Shown: positions 1-9,232 of the stretch, one piece after another
Position numbering within the stretch: position 1 is the stretch's first letter
Layout: every line of letters starts with the position of its first letter
Virus record (IMG/VR): IMGVR_UViG_2061766007_000718
From: an uncultured virus (IMG/VR IMGVR_UViG_2061766007_000718)
Lineage: Duplodnaviria; Heunggongvirae; Uroviricota; Caudoviricetes
DNA: 64,000 nucleotides
Direction: 5' to 3' (one strand)
The notes under the pieces: model-generated
Told to the model about the DNA's origin: nothing
What the model saw: only the letters and a program-made list of their open reading frames with translations
The model's database searches: none
Program-made: the position numbers and the translations under genes

Positions 1-2012
1 TAGTTCCCGAATGTGTTCCATTGGAAGTAGTTCCCGAACGTATTATTTTCAACATTATTACCAAATACGTTGGAATAACATATAAGATTTCCATTGTCAT
101 TTACAAATACATTGTCGCCAATGACAAATTTGCCTTTGCTAGTATATCCGATAACATTCTTGCCCGCACCAGAGCCGTTGCCATTGATATAATTATAATC
201 AAATGACAATGTAGCATCTATCACTTCTCCCTTGTCAACAGACGAGAATGTGAAAAACCATTCTGATGTTTCCGTATCTACATCTATCCTGCCACTAATA
301 GGTAACCCCCATTTACCGATAAGTTCACTCGACTGACCGCTACCATCAGTATATGATGTCTGTCCATCACCTTTATAAACGGTAGTTATTTCATACCGCT
401 TGAACTGGATGTTCTTGAAATCATAGTACAATTCATTATCATACTCATCCTTCATCCACCATATAACACCAGTTCCTGTTGTTCCGGAAACTTCACCAGT
501 TCCTGTAATTGTAAACGCAACGGTTGTCAATGTTTCGTCCGAATAAATAGAATCACCTATTTGGGGATTTTCAGCCGTATAATAAACATCCTTTTCTCCT
601 GTATCATACACCCATACAGTTTGTTTGCCATCTATTATAGAAGTCCTCATAAGTGTGACGGCATCTTTATCTGTATATTGGACATAGAATCCGCCAACAC
701 CGTCACAAGCCCATCCGAACCGAGACTTATCATTGTCTATGCAGTATTTCAACTGCCATGCGTTAATATTAACGTTGTCGAAATAGTGTTCATCTGGATC
801 GCCACTTTCAAATGCATGCTTAATGGCCCGAGCATTTTCATTCAATGTACTTTCGTCATCAGCAATAACTATAATATCAAACTGGTGCCCTGCACTTCGT
901 GTATCTTGCTGTGAAGTAGTCGTGTGATAGTCTGTAATGCGGTACTGCTGTCCGGGAACCAAATTGCCACCATCGCGCAACGCCTTGAGTTGTGCCCAAG
1001 TGGTTTCGACTAGTAGTTCAGTATCTGCGGATGCAGCAGCTTCCTCTTCTACTTCCACCTCTCCAGTTGTGCCGATGGTCATCTTGTAAATGCCAGCAGG
1101 AGTTGTAATGTATGCAAATACATTGCTACTTTCAGCATGGAACATCACATTCGAAGAGTTGAATGCTATGCCATTCATATCACCTAAAACAAATACAGGA
1201 ACACCATCCTCAATGCTTTCTGCTATTTGCTCAGATGTAAGGCTGCTTGTATAGTCTCCATCGTCTTCTGTAATTATTGCTACTTCTACACTATTGACAG
1301 TAACATTTCCATCTCCGCCACTTTCGCCATTTCCACTGCCACCATTGTCACCATCTCCACTGCCACTTTCTCCGCTGCCAGCATTGCCACCTTGAAATAC
1401 TCGGAACAAAAGAGACGCATCATTAGGATTTGTAAAAACGCGACCTTTCTCCTGCGTTGTTAAAAAATGAAGCCGGCAAGGGACTGAACTATCTATCGGC
1501 TCTACGCAAAACATAATAAGACTTCCTGCCTGAACAGACATTTCACCGCCTGCCACAATATCAGTCGAATTGGACTTGTTGTCATCAATTATGCCCAACA
1601 GCGAATGCATATTATACATGCTTTCGTCAATTGACGCACTGCCAATATCACCCGCTATTGCGGAAACTGGTACTATCACGCTTGGTATTGAGTCCCCTGC
1701 GCAATCATCTTCAAACTCCATATTGTCCTGCTCTGCTGCCGAAAGCAGACGGCAGTTTTCAAGCAACAATCGGTATGTTCCGCCGAGAGTATCAACAATA
1801 CATCCGTAAAGTCTCGTTGCACTACCTGCCGAACCAATGTTAACTGTAATGTCCTGTATGTTTGGCTTACGATTAGGACGTTTCGCAATAGCGGCAGACA
1901 CTGCTGCTGAGACCGCCGACGAAACGATCTCCTGTATCGAACTTCCATCTTTGCCTACTTCTTTAGTAACCACAGGCATTTCCACATTTGCATCAATGTT
2001 GTAATCTTCCAT
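1..2012 (-). CDS. Tail fibre / receptor-binding-like protein, 3' end runs off the window (absent from the ORF track)
   Basis: ATG at 2012 overlaps the upstream TAA and the frame appears open to position 1. MEDYNIDANVEMP start, Gly/Ser/Asp linker near 1310-1390, LKALRDGGNLVPGQQYRITDY...AGHQFDIIVIAD domain typical of Bacteroidales phage tail proteins, and NTFGNY repeats starting at the window edge. Confidence 0.7.
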   Translation of the reverse strand, partial: MEDYNIDANVEMPVVTKEVGKDGSSIQEIVSSAVSAAVSAAIAKRPNRKPNIQDITVNIGSAGSATRLYGCIVDTLGGTYRLLLENCRLLSAAEQDNMEFEDDCAGDSIPSVIVPVSAIAGDIGSASIDESMYNMHSLLGIIDDNKSNSTDIVAGGEMSVQAGSLIMFCVEPIDSSVPCRLHFLTTQEKGRVFTNPNDASLLFRVFQGGNAGSGESGSGDGDNGGSGNGESGGDGNVTVNSVEVAIITEDDGDYTSSLTSEQIAESIEDGVPVFVLGDMNGIAFNSSNVMFHAESSNVFAYITTPAGIYKMTIGTTGEVEVEEEAAASADTELLVETTWAQLKALRDGGNLVPGQQYRITDYHTTTSQQDTRSAGHQFDIIVIADDESTLNENARAIKHAFESGDPDEHYFDNVNINAWQLKYCIDNDKSRFGWACDGVGGFYVQYTDKDAVTLMRTSIIDGKQTVWVYDTGEKDVYYTAENPQIGDSIYSDETLTTVAFTITGTGEVSGTTGTGVIWWMKDEYDNELYYDFKNIQFKRYEITTVYKGDGQTSYTDGSGQSSELIGKWGLPISGRIDVDTETSEWFFTFSSVDKGEVIDATLSFDYNYINGNGSGAGKNVIGYTSKGKFVIGDNVFVNDNGNLICYSNVFGNNVENNTFGNYFQWNTFGN

Positions 2013-2395
2013 TATTCTATAAGTTTTAAATTAATCCTTTCCTTTCTTGTACAAACATCCCAATAGCCATCGTCAAAGTCCGAATCAGCAACTCGTGTAA
2101 AGCACTTGCAATACATCCATCCCTTTACAAAATCTGTTGTAGGGACGAGCAGCCTCAAATAGTCTTCTTCCTGATAATATGCCGTATTCTTGCTGTTGAT
2201 ACCACTTGGATCGTGAATGCATTCTACTTCCGTACCATCCTTATCAGAAAAGACAAACTTGAAATAGTTTTCCTCAAACAATACTTTTTCTCCATTTTCG
2301 TCAAGTATCTGATTGACAACTATTGCAATGTCGCTCGGTATTACTACCGTGATTGCTGTTCCATCGCTCTTTAATGGTATGTTGAATGCTCCCAT
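2012..2395 (-). CDS. Hypothetical virion-associated protein
   Basis: 127 aa ORF translationally coupled between the lysis genes and the fibre gene. Confidence 0.6.
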   Translation of the reverse strand: MGAFNIPLKSDGTAITVVIPSDIAIVVNQILDENGEKVLFEENYFKFVFSDKDGTEVECIHDPSGINSKNTAYYQEEDYLRLLVPTTDFVKGWMYCKCFTRVADSDFDDGYWDVCTRKERINLKLIE

Positions 2396-2398
2396 AAA

Positions 2399-2917
2399 CT
2401 ATCCTTTCAGTTTTTTGTAGAACTTATATCCGAAATACAGGCAAATGCCTAAAACAATGACCAGCAATGCCCAGAATCCGTTCTTCTGGAATCGTTGCCA
2501 TGCTGTCAATGGTTTCGGCACTTCCTTTATCTGCTCCCTGTACTCAACAAGAGTATCTACCTTGATGTCGGTAAAAAATACAGTGTCGTGCTTTTCCTTT
2601 AGCACATCCCTATATCTAACCGACCAGCGTTCTACGAATACCGTGTCCGCCTTTTCCTTAATGAATATGCTGTCCTTTTCGTACAGATATATGCTATCCA
2701 GCTTTGTACTATAAACAATGCTGTCTCTGTACTCAATCCTTACTTCTGTCTTTCTGTGCTTCTCGATGAGCTTGCACGAGTTGAACACAAAAACAGAACA
2801 GAGTACCATCAGGACAAGACAGAAGGTCAGTCCCAGGCTTTGGAGGTTAATACTTGGCTTTCCGTTATGACCGTCATTTGATACTCTGTTCCGCATAGTA
2901 ATGAATTTTAAAGACAT
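2399..2917 (-). CDS. Lipoprotein, candidate unimolecular spanin
   Basis: Hydrophobic stretch plus lipobox-like FNSC, C-terminal TM helix FWALLVIVLGICLYFGY, directly after the endolysin. Confidence 0.6.
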   Translation of the reverse strand: MSLKFITMRNRVSNDGHNGKPSINLQSLGLTFCLVLMVLCSVFVFNSCKLIEKHRKTEVRIEYRDSIVYSTKLDSIYLYEKDSIFIKEKADTVFVERWSVRYRDVLKEKHDTVFFTDIKVDTLVEYREQIKEVPKPLTAWQRFQKNGFWALLVIVLGICLYFGYKFYKKLKG

Positions 2918-2925
2918 GAGATTTT

Positions 2926-3614
2926 TTATTTCAAGAAATCAATAATCAGTTTTGCTATCGCTTCCGCAAGTTTCTCCCTATTTGAGAAGTAGCGCTTGCA
3001 ATCCTGCTCGTTGGTACAGAAGCACACTTCAAGCAACACATTTACACACACAGGAAAACTTGACAACATTGCAAGGCTACCGTGTTGTCCACTATCCTCC
3101 AATTTTACACCTCTGCTTCTAATATCCAAAGTATCACACACAAGGTCGTGGAGTTTAGAAGCAAACTTTATTTCTTCATTGGTAGGCTTCATGGGAATAA
3201 GCACCTCGCAGCCGTTTGCCTGCGTTGATGCTGCTGCATTGAAATGAATATCAAGGCTCAAATCTCCAGTCTTGGCGTTCTTTCGCATAAAGGAAACTAC
3301 NNNNNNNNNNAGGGAATAAGCACCTCGCAGCCGTTTGCTTGCGTTGATGCTGCTGCATTGAAATGAATGTCAAGGCTCAAATCTCCAGTCTTGGCGTTCT
3401 TTCGCATAAAGGAAACTACACTTGACAGCTTCGTGTTGTCGGCTATTCCAGATGTTCCATCGTCAAGGACATAATCCAGAAAACCTAAGCGCGTAAGGTT
3501 CAATCCTATGAGGTCGCGGAGAACAATAGTTTCACTTCCCTCGTCAAGCCATTTTGAACTTGCTCCAGTTCCTTTTCCGTTGTGTCCGGCTATTATGTAT
3601 GCTTTCTTTGCCAT
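2926..3614 (-). CDS. Endolysin, N-acetylmuramoyl-L-alanine amidase (Amidase_3 type); split by a gap with duplicated overlap
   Basis: IIAGH...E, LDIHFNA and LLEVCF zinc-amidase motifs. Confidence 0.9.
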
Positions 3615-4081
3615 TATTGTATTGCTAATCTTTGAACATCCTCTGTTTCGATTGTATTCTGCTCGTCATTTACCTCGTCAATGTCCCTTGACGGCTTTCT
3701 TAGACCACATCCTTTTACTACACACTTATGCCATCTGAGAGATTGGTTTTCCAATTCAAGTTCTCCTATGCGGTATTGCTGTTGAATATACTTGCCGTGT
3801 AATTCGTCTTTGGACTCTATTTGCTTTGAGAGTTTTTCCTGTAATTCTTTTCGCTCTTCTTCACTCTCGTTGTAAAGGCGTTTCCATTCATCCGCTTGGG
3901 TGTGTATCAGCTGGATCTCTGCCTGTTTGTTCTCTATCTCTGCCAATCTTGCTTCTGCTTGCGCCCTTCTTGCATCTGCAGCCTTTATTCTTTTGTTACT
4001 TTTCACGAAGAAAAAAGAGCCACCGCCCAATACTCCGAGTAGAGTACATAACACCGTTATTATAGTTGAGAATGTGTCCAT
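3614..4081 (-). CDS. Holin-like membrane protein with coiled coil
   Basis: N-terminal TM segment, coiled coil, coupled to the amidase start. Confidence 0.55.
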   Translation of the reverse strand: MDTFSTIITVLCTLLGVLGGGSFFFVKSNKRIKAADARRAQAEARLAEIENKQAEIQLIHTQADEWKRLYNESEEERKELQEKLSKQIESKDELHGKYIQQQYRIGELELENQSLRWHKCVVKGCGLRKPSRDIDEVNDEQNTIETEDVQRLAIQ

Positions 4082-4103
4082 TTACTTTTGTAATTTTCTC
4101 CAA

Positions 4104-4139
4104 CAAAGGTAAATGGCAGAGTGTTTATAGTCCAAACAC
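4104..4139 (-). promoter_or_regulatory. Late-type promoter of the lysis/fibre operon
   Basis: Palindrome GTGTTT-N7-AAACAC at 4121-4139 and -7 box TACCTTTG at 4104-4111. Confidence 0.7.
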
Positions 4140-4151
4140 TTTTATTTTTTT

Positions 4152-5675
4152 TCAAAGCAGATTGCTCAACAAATCTTCACAGTCGAAATTGCTTATGTCG
4201 TGCGGATAAAAAGTATTGGCAAGCGAATCAAAGAAGTCGGGCGACCTCTTTATTCGTTGCTTTATCTTTTCCTTTGGCTCTATCATTATTGAACCATTAC
4301 TTTGAAAGAACCACCTTATGTTAGTTGCTTCTTCCATAAACTTTTCACATGGCGGTATAGCAGCATTACATTTATTCTTTGGGTTGAGCCAATCTCTTAC
4401 CGCCCAGAATAAGTATGCCCTCATATTGGCAAACTTGTACTGGCCAGTCATATCGGTAAGCCCATTTGCACCCTCCGAAAACTTACACGAGAAAGCATTG
4501 CGGATATTGAGTTCAATAAGTCTGGAGTAAACGCCAGCACCCTCGCCAATGGTATCAATGAACGCCTTGACATTCTTGTTAGTCCGCATATCCGCCACAA
4601 GTTTGCCTGCTATATGCATGTGGTCTGCCTTGCCTCCAGACTGGTGTGCATAGAACTCGCTTACGAAATTGCCATACCTGCGACAGAACACACTTGAATC
4701 CCTGCCCATACCTGCGACATCTACGCCTACCCTTGCATCGGCGTCAGGCAATGGCTTATATTTGGATTCCATAAGTTCCTCCCATCGCTTGTTTGCTATT
4801 TCAATCCATTCGTAAGGAACAAGGACATCCTCAGAAACTTTCGGAAACATACCAAGCACCTTTACCCTGAAAAGGTCGTTGGGTCTGTACATACCATTCT
4901 CCCACTTAAAGTCGCCTTCCGATTCGTCAAAACTATCCTCGTCAACAGGCGAACACCATGTTTTTACCTTATCCTTTACCCATTCATAATCGACTTGTCC
5001 TGGAATAACTACCTTCTTCCGAACAACATTCTCTGCATTCAGTGAGTTCAATCTAAACTTCTTGAACCTTTCCGATACCATTGCCCGTGCAGCATACCCA
5101 GTTGTTATGTTAGGATTGAATACTATAAGCAACCGTGAATTGCCTTGCAGATTGCCCTCGATAGCGTTGAAAGTAACTTCGCTGACACCGGAAGCCTCCG
5201 TTATGACAAACATTGTATTTGTGGCGTGGAATCCAGACCAAGCCTCCGTTGCATCGTCGCCAGCCTTGAAACCAGTAAGAAACCATTCTTCGTATTCCGT
5301 GCGAATATCACAGGCGACAGTTCTCCCCGGCAATATCTTGGCGTTTCTGAATAATCTTCGTATTTCTGGAGACATAATGTTATACACTTGCCTGCCAGTT
5401 GGCGCAGTCAAAGCCACCTTCGTATTCTTGACAAGGTTTCCATTCCTGTCGAACCGAGGCGTAAGATACAAGAAGCACATCGCGGCACATGCAGCAACAT
5501 AATCCTTTCCCCTTGCCGTTCCAGATGAAACTGCAACTAAAGGATTATACTGAACAGCAGAAATGATGTTCTGCTGCTCTTTGTCCAATCGAGCTTTTAG
5601 AACATCATATACAAAGCGGTTCCAGTCGTTCCGCCATATCTCCATATACTTTATTCCCTTCTCCTTATTATTCAT
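4152..5675 (-). CDS. terL: Terminase large subunit (module 1)
   Basis: SGTARGKD Walker A-like, MFVITEASG Walker B, VGVDVAGMGRDSS and RSPDFFDSLA nuclease motifs. Confidence 0.9.
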   Translation of the reverse strand: MNNKEKGIKYMEIWRNDWNRFVYDVLKARLDKEQQNIISAVQYNPLVAVSSGTARGKDYVAACAAMCFLYLTPRFDRNGNLVKNTKVALTAPTGRQVYNIMSPEIRRLFRNAKILPGRTVACDIRTEYEEWFLTGFKAGDDATEAWSGFHATNTMFVITEASGVSEVTFNAIEGNLQGNSRLLIVFNPNITTGYAARAMVSERFKKFRLNSLNAENVVRKKVVIPGQVDYEWVKDKVKTWCSPVDEDSFDESEGDFKWENGMYRPNDLFRVKVLGMFPKVSEDVLVPYEWIEIANKRWEELMESKYKPLPDADARVGVDVAGMGRDSSVFCRRYGNFVSEFYAHQSGGKADHMHIAGKLVADMRTNKNVKAFIDTIGEGAGVYSRLIELNIRNAFSCKFSEGANGLTDMTGQYKFANMRAYLFWAVRDWLNPKNKCNAAIPPCEKFMEEATNIRWFFQSNGSIMIEPKEKIKQRIKRSPDFFDSLANTFYPHDISNFDCEDLLSNLL

Positions 5676-6030
5676 CTACATCTGGTAGTTCTTTCATCAG
5701 TTGCTCAAATGGACTAATCATAATATTCTGCTCTATGGTTTCTTGATACCCGCGGTTCTTGCCTTTAGTCTTCAAATAGAAAAATATTGATGATTCTTTG
5801 CCTTCCCTTATGTTCTTCTTCAACATTGTTTCTGCAAAATCAACAGAAGCCTCGTCTATCTCTGTCACCTTTTCTGCGAAAATAGGATTCTCCCGTTTCC
5901 ATCTATAAAAGGTTTCGCGAGCTAAGTTGCAATTCTTTACTGCTGCTGATACATTCCCAATTGCGTTCTCATAAGCTTGGAGCAATGACTTTTGTTTCTG
6001 TGTCAGTCTAAAGCCTTTTTTATCTGTCAT
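5668..6030 (-). CDS. Terminase small subunit-like HTH protein (module 1)
   Basis: GNVSAAVKNCNLARETFYRW HTH and IFFYLKTKGKNRGY motif; overlaps the terL start. Confidence 0.75.
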   Translation of the reverse strand: MTDKKGFRLTQKQKSLLQAYENAIGNVSAAVKNCNLARETFYRWKRENPIFAEKVTEIDEASVDFAETMLKKNIREGKESSIFFYLKTKGKNRGYQETIEQNIMISPFEQLMKELPDVDE

Positions 6031-6041
6031 ATTTGTACTTT

Positions 6042-6716
6042 TTAAAACAAACTTCCTTGAACAAGAATGCCATCACTACTATCACCTGTCGAATTGGCAT
6101 TACTCTTACTTTGCGCAGCTTCTCTTCTTGCTTTCTCAGCATTTGCCTTCTGGCACCATTGCTTGTTGGTCCAGCGCTTGTGACATTCTTCCTTGTAGAA
6201 CTGTTCGTATTCCATTTCCTTGTTATTCTTGACTATACTTCCTTCCGTGAAGAAATCCTCAATCGTCTTTCCCATCATCTTTCCTCGTCTGGTATGAATG
6301 TCAAGCGCATAATCAGGAATTGGTCTATCCTGCTCGTTGCCAAGATGACTATCGAACCAGTAGTTCAATGCCCAATCCGTATGACGGCTTTTCTTTGCAT
6401 GAGTAAGGTACAAGATTGCTTGAACATACGGCAGACGGTACTGCTTCTTCTTGTCGAAGTTTTTGCTCAATTCTTCATACTGGCTATGCAGTGCATTTAT
6501 TACGACTGGAGCCATCGGATCTGCAAGACCAATATCCTCCGTACTCATCACCACCATTCTTTTCCAAGCAAACTTTACATATCCGCTTTCGTATAGTTCA
6601 ACACCCCAAAACATTGCATCTGCCTCTATACCTCTTCTTATAGATTTCTGGAATGCCGATATGACTTCAAACAAGTCATAGCCCTTAATTGTCTTGATGC
6701 TATTATCCATTTTCAA
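6042..6716 (-). CDS. Stand-alone RarA/MgsA C-terminal-like domain protein (no AAA+ domain)
   Basis: EVISAFQKSIRRG...WKRMVVMSTEDIGLADP...LTHAKKS resembles the RarA C-terminal region; no Walker motifs. Confidence 0.8.
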   Translation of the reverse strand: MKMDNSIKTIKGYDLFEVISAFQKSIRRGIEADAMFWGVELYESGYVKFAWKRMVVMSTEDIGLADPMAPVVINALHSQYEELSKNFDKKKQYRLPYVQAILYLTHAKKSRHTDWALNYWFDSHLGNEQDRPIPDYALDIHTRRGKMMGKTIEDFFTEGSIVKNNKEMEYEQFYKEECHKRWTNKQWCQKANAEKARREAAQSKSNANSTGDSSDGILVQGSLF

Positions 6717-6732
6717 TACATATAGTTAATTA

Positions 6733-7563
6733 TCAAACAAACTTACTCATTTTAAGTATGTTGTGCAATCTTTCATCATCTGAATTTATACACTCATATC
6801 CATATTTTTCTGTATAAGCAGAAATATCCACATCAACGCCAAACCAACTGCTACCTTCCTTTTCTTTTACTAACGGAAAGGTTTCCTTTAACTTCTCTAT
6901 GGTACAGACACCGTCATTTTTCCTGTCGTGAGTTTGGCAACCGCCCTTGTTGGCATTCTGAACAACCTTTAGTCCGCTCAATCCGTAGTTGAGAGTAACA
7001 AAGCCGTTTGCCCAGATGTTCAACGAGGTTACCGTATCTGTATATTCCTTCAATTCGTCATCTATGTGAGGGACTGCCGACAACCGCAACATACAAATGC
7101 CTTGCAACGGTCTGTTAATGTGCGTCCACTTGTACATATTCTTCTTGCTATACAACCAGTATCTGTATTGCGTGAAACGAATACCGCCAATCTTTTCAAA
7201 AGTTTCCATCGCCTCATAGCACTCTTCTACAGTCTTCTCGAAAGCGGCAACTGGATCTGCATCGTCCACTCTTTCAAAACCATCTACATCATCGTCCAAC
7301 TGGAACAAGTATTTGTAGCCGTTATTTCTGGCAAAGTCGCGAATGCTATTGAGCGAAAACATCAACCCCTGCCCAGACTTGTCAAGCACTTGCACACAAT
7401 TGCCGTTATACTGCTTGTAAAGGAACTTCTCTTGTGGCTCTACAAATATACGGAAGTCAAAGCCCGTATCTTTTAGCCACTTCATTGTCTTCTTCGTGAT
7501 GTACTCCGGCCTCGACAATGACGGCACACCTACGAATACATCTTTTCTAATATTATCGTTCAT
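6733..7563 (-). CDS. GT-A fold glycosyltransferase, TAGT/GREB1-like
   Basis: VGVPSLSRP, LFQLDDDV DxD motif, NKGGC; likely ATG at 7563 overlaps the upstream TGA. Confidence 0.75.
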   Translation of the reverse strand: MNDNIRKDVFVGVPSLSRPEYITKKTMKWLKDTGFDFRIFVEPQEKFLYKQYNGNCVQVLDKSGQGLMFSLNSIRDFARNNGYKYLFQLDDDVDGFERVDDADPVAAFEKTVEECYEAMETFEKIGGIRFTQYRYWLYSKKNMYKWTHINRPLQGICMLRLSAVPHIDDELKEYTDTVTSLNIWANGFVTLNYGLSGLKVVQNANKGGCQTHDRKNDGVCTIEKLKETFPLVKEKEGSSWFGVDVDISAYTEKYGYECINSDDERLHNILKMSKFV

Positions 7564-8309
7564 CAGTATGGAAATTTTAATGTTCGTTCTCCAATATTTA
7601 CNNNNNNNNNNNNNNNNNNTTCCTTGCAAGCGATTACCTCTCCAAAGATTTCGCGCAAATGCATTGTGTTGCGAATCATACTTTCTCTGGTCCGCTGTCC
7701 GTTGCAACCTCCAAGCGACTTAAAATTGCCATCAGTCAAGAAAGAATACCTTTCGTCTATAAGGCAATAGCGGTGCTTNNNNNNNNNNNNNNNNNNGTCT
7801 TCTCCTTCATTCATCGTCAAGTCGTATGACATGCCATGACCTTTGAGAAATCCACAATACGAGGCATTCATATAGCCAGTATGGGAAAACAATTCGTGTC
7901 CGCTAAACGACAAGGGATTGACGGTACGGCTAAACGAAAACATCTTTGCACCTATTTCTTTCGCTATATACACCGTTTCGTTGATGATTTCAAGAATTTG
8001 CCCGACATCCGTTACCATTGATTTGGGAGATTCGTTTTCAAAGTTCTTCCTTACATTTACAACATCATCGTCTATCATGAACACCTCTTCGTAATTATCG
8101 AGAATCCACTGCCGCGTTTTGGTAATTCCACGAACTTCCGGCGGAGTAGCAACGACCTTGGTGTTGGGATTGAACTTCTTATAGTCTTCCTCCTCTGAAC
8201 TTGGCACTATCAAGACCAAAGACGGTATCAGAGATATTGTCTTCACATTGCTGCATCGTCCTTTTGACGGACAGACTATTGTTATTCCTTTTCTGTTATT
8301 CTTTCCCAT
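7563..8309 (-). CDS. GT-A fold glycosyltransferase, TAGT/GREB1-like (contains gaps)
   Basis: IVCPSKGR, GITKTRQWILD, FMIDDDV, GED and LGGC motifs. Confidence 0.8.
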   Translation of the reverse strand: MGKNNRKGITIVCPSKGRCSNVKTISLIPSLVLIVPSSEEEDYKKFNPNTKVVATPPEVRGITKTRQWILDNYEEVFMIDDDVVNVRKNFENESPKSMVTDVGQILEIINETVYIAKEIGAKMFSFSRTVNPLSFSGHELFSHTGYMNASYCGFLKGHGMSYDLTMNEGEDXXXXXXKHRYCLIDERYSFLTDGNFKSLGGCNGQRTRESMIRNTMHLREIFGEVIACKEXXXXXXVNIGERTLKFPY

Positions 8310-8923
8310 ATCTCTTGAAATTTCTTGATGTGCATTACATAAGTATCACCGATGGTCTTGTTCTTGTAGCTGACAGACCTGTCAAGCATCAGTACATTTT
8401 TAATCCAGTTCAAATCCAATTCGTTATCTACGAATATAACTACCGAATGGTAACTTTCATTGAACTTCTTCACTATAGGCATTTCGCAGTTGTCGTTGTT
8501 GATGGCATTGAACTTCTGGTCAAATTCAGAAATCTGCTTTCCGACCTCCTTTTCCGAAAAGCCGACATCCAACATCATATCCCTATCAAAGAACTTAACC
8601 AGAGCATCAAAATCAAATTGCGCCTGATTCTTGTTCATCCTAAGATTCAACTCCTTTTCCTTGACTTCATCAAGACATACCTCGACACATGGAGCTGTTG
8701 TCATACCAAGGCTTTTTGCTATTGCAAGACGCTGATTCCCAGAAACCACTATATTTTCACGACCTTTGAATGTGTTAACTACAAGCGGTTCAACAAAACC
8801 AAAATTCTCGATAGACTTCTGTATGTCCCTGCGTTCTTTCGGAGTTATTTTTCGCGGATTGTAATCTGGAGTAACCAGTTCGTCAACTTTACGATATACT
8901 ACACGTAATTCTTTTTCGTCCAT
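8282..8923 (-). CDS. ParB/Srx N-terminal domain protein
   Basis: YNPRKI...SIENFGFVEPLVVN...VVSGNQRL. Confidence 0.85.
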   Translation of the reverse strand: MDEKELRVVYRKVDELVTPDYNPRKITPKERRDIQKSIENFGFVEPLVVNTFKGRENIVVSGNQRLAIAKSLGMTTAPCVEVCLDEVKEKELNLRMNKNQAQFDFDALVKFFDRDMMLDVGFSEKEVGKQISEFDQKFNAINNDNCEMPIVKKFNESYHSVVIFVDNELDLNWIKNVLMLDRSVSYKNKTIGDTYVMHIKKFQEIWERITEKE

Positions 8924-8939
8924 ATACATACATTTTATA

Positions 8940-9194
8940 TTAACTCTCAAACTCTTTGGGCGCAAATAGATTTCTTAAAATCTCCTTGCTATGTTCTATA
9001 ATCTGTTCGGTATCAATACCTATACTTCTGTAGAAACTTTCATTGCCAGTCATACATTCGTATGCAATCTGCATATCTCGCCTGTTAACTTCCGGCACGC
9101 CTATACGGAAGTTCCTACATATTCTCAAAGCGGAGACATAGTTTCCGCTTTCATACAGCTGCCTTGCCATTTCTGTTTTGTTTATTTTTCGCAT
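8940..9194 (-). CDS. Small hypothetical protein, first gene of the ParB-GT-terminase operon
   Basis: MRKINKTEMARQ ORF starting just after a gap. Confidence 0.6.
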   Translation of the reverse strand: MRKINKTEMARQLYESGNYVSALRICRNFRIGVPEVNRRDMQIAYECMTGNESFYRSIGIDTEQIIEHSKEILRNLFAPKEFES

Positions 9195-9232
9195 TGCNNN
9201 NNNNNNNNNNNNNNACACTTTTAAAAATATTT

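Noticed and set aside
3191..3420. Apparent tandem duplication inside the amidase
   Set aside because: Near-identical overlap on both sides of a 10-N gap with a few SNPs; strain-variant contig ends
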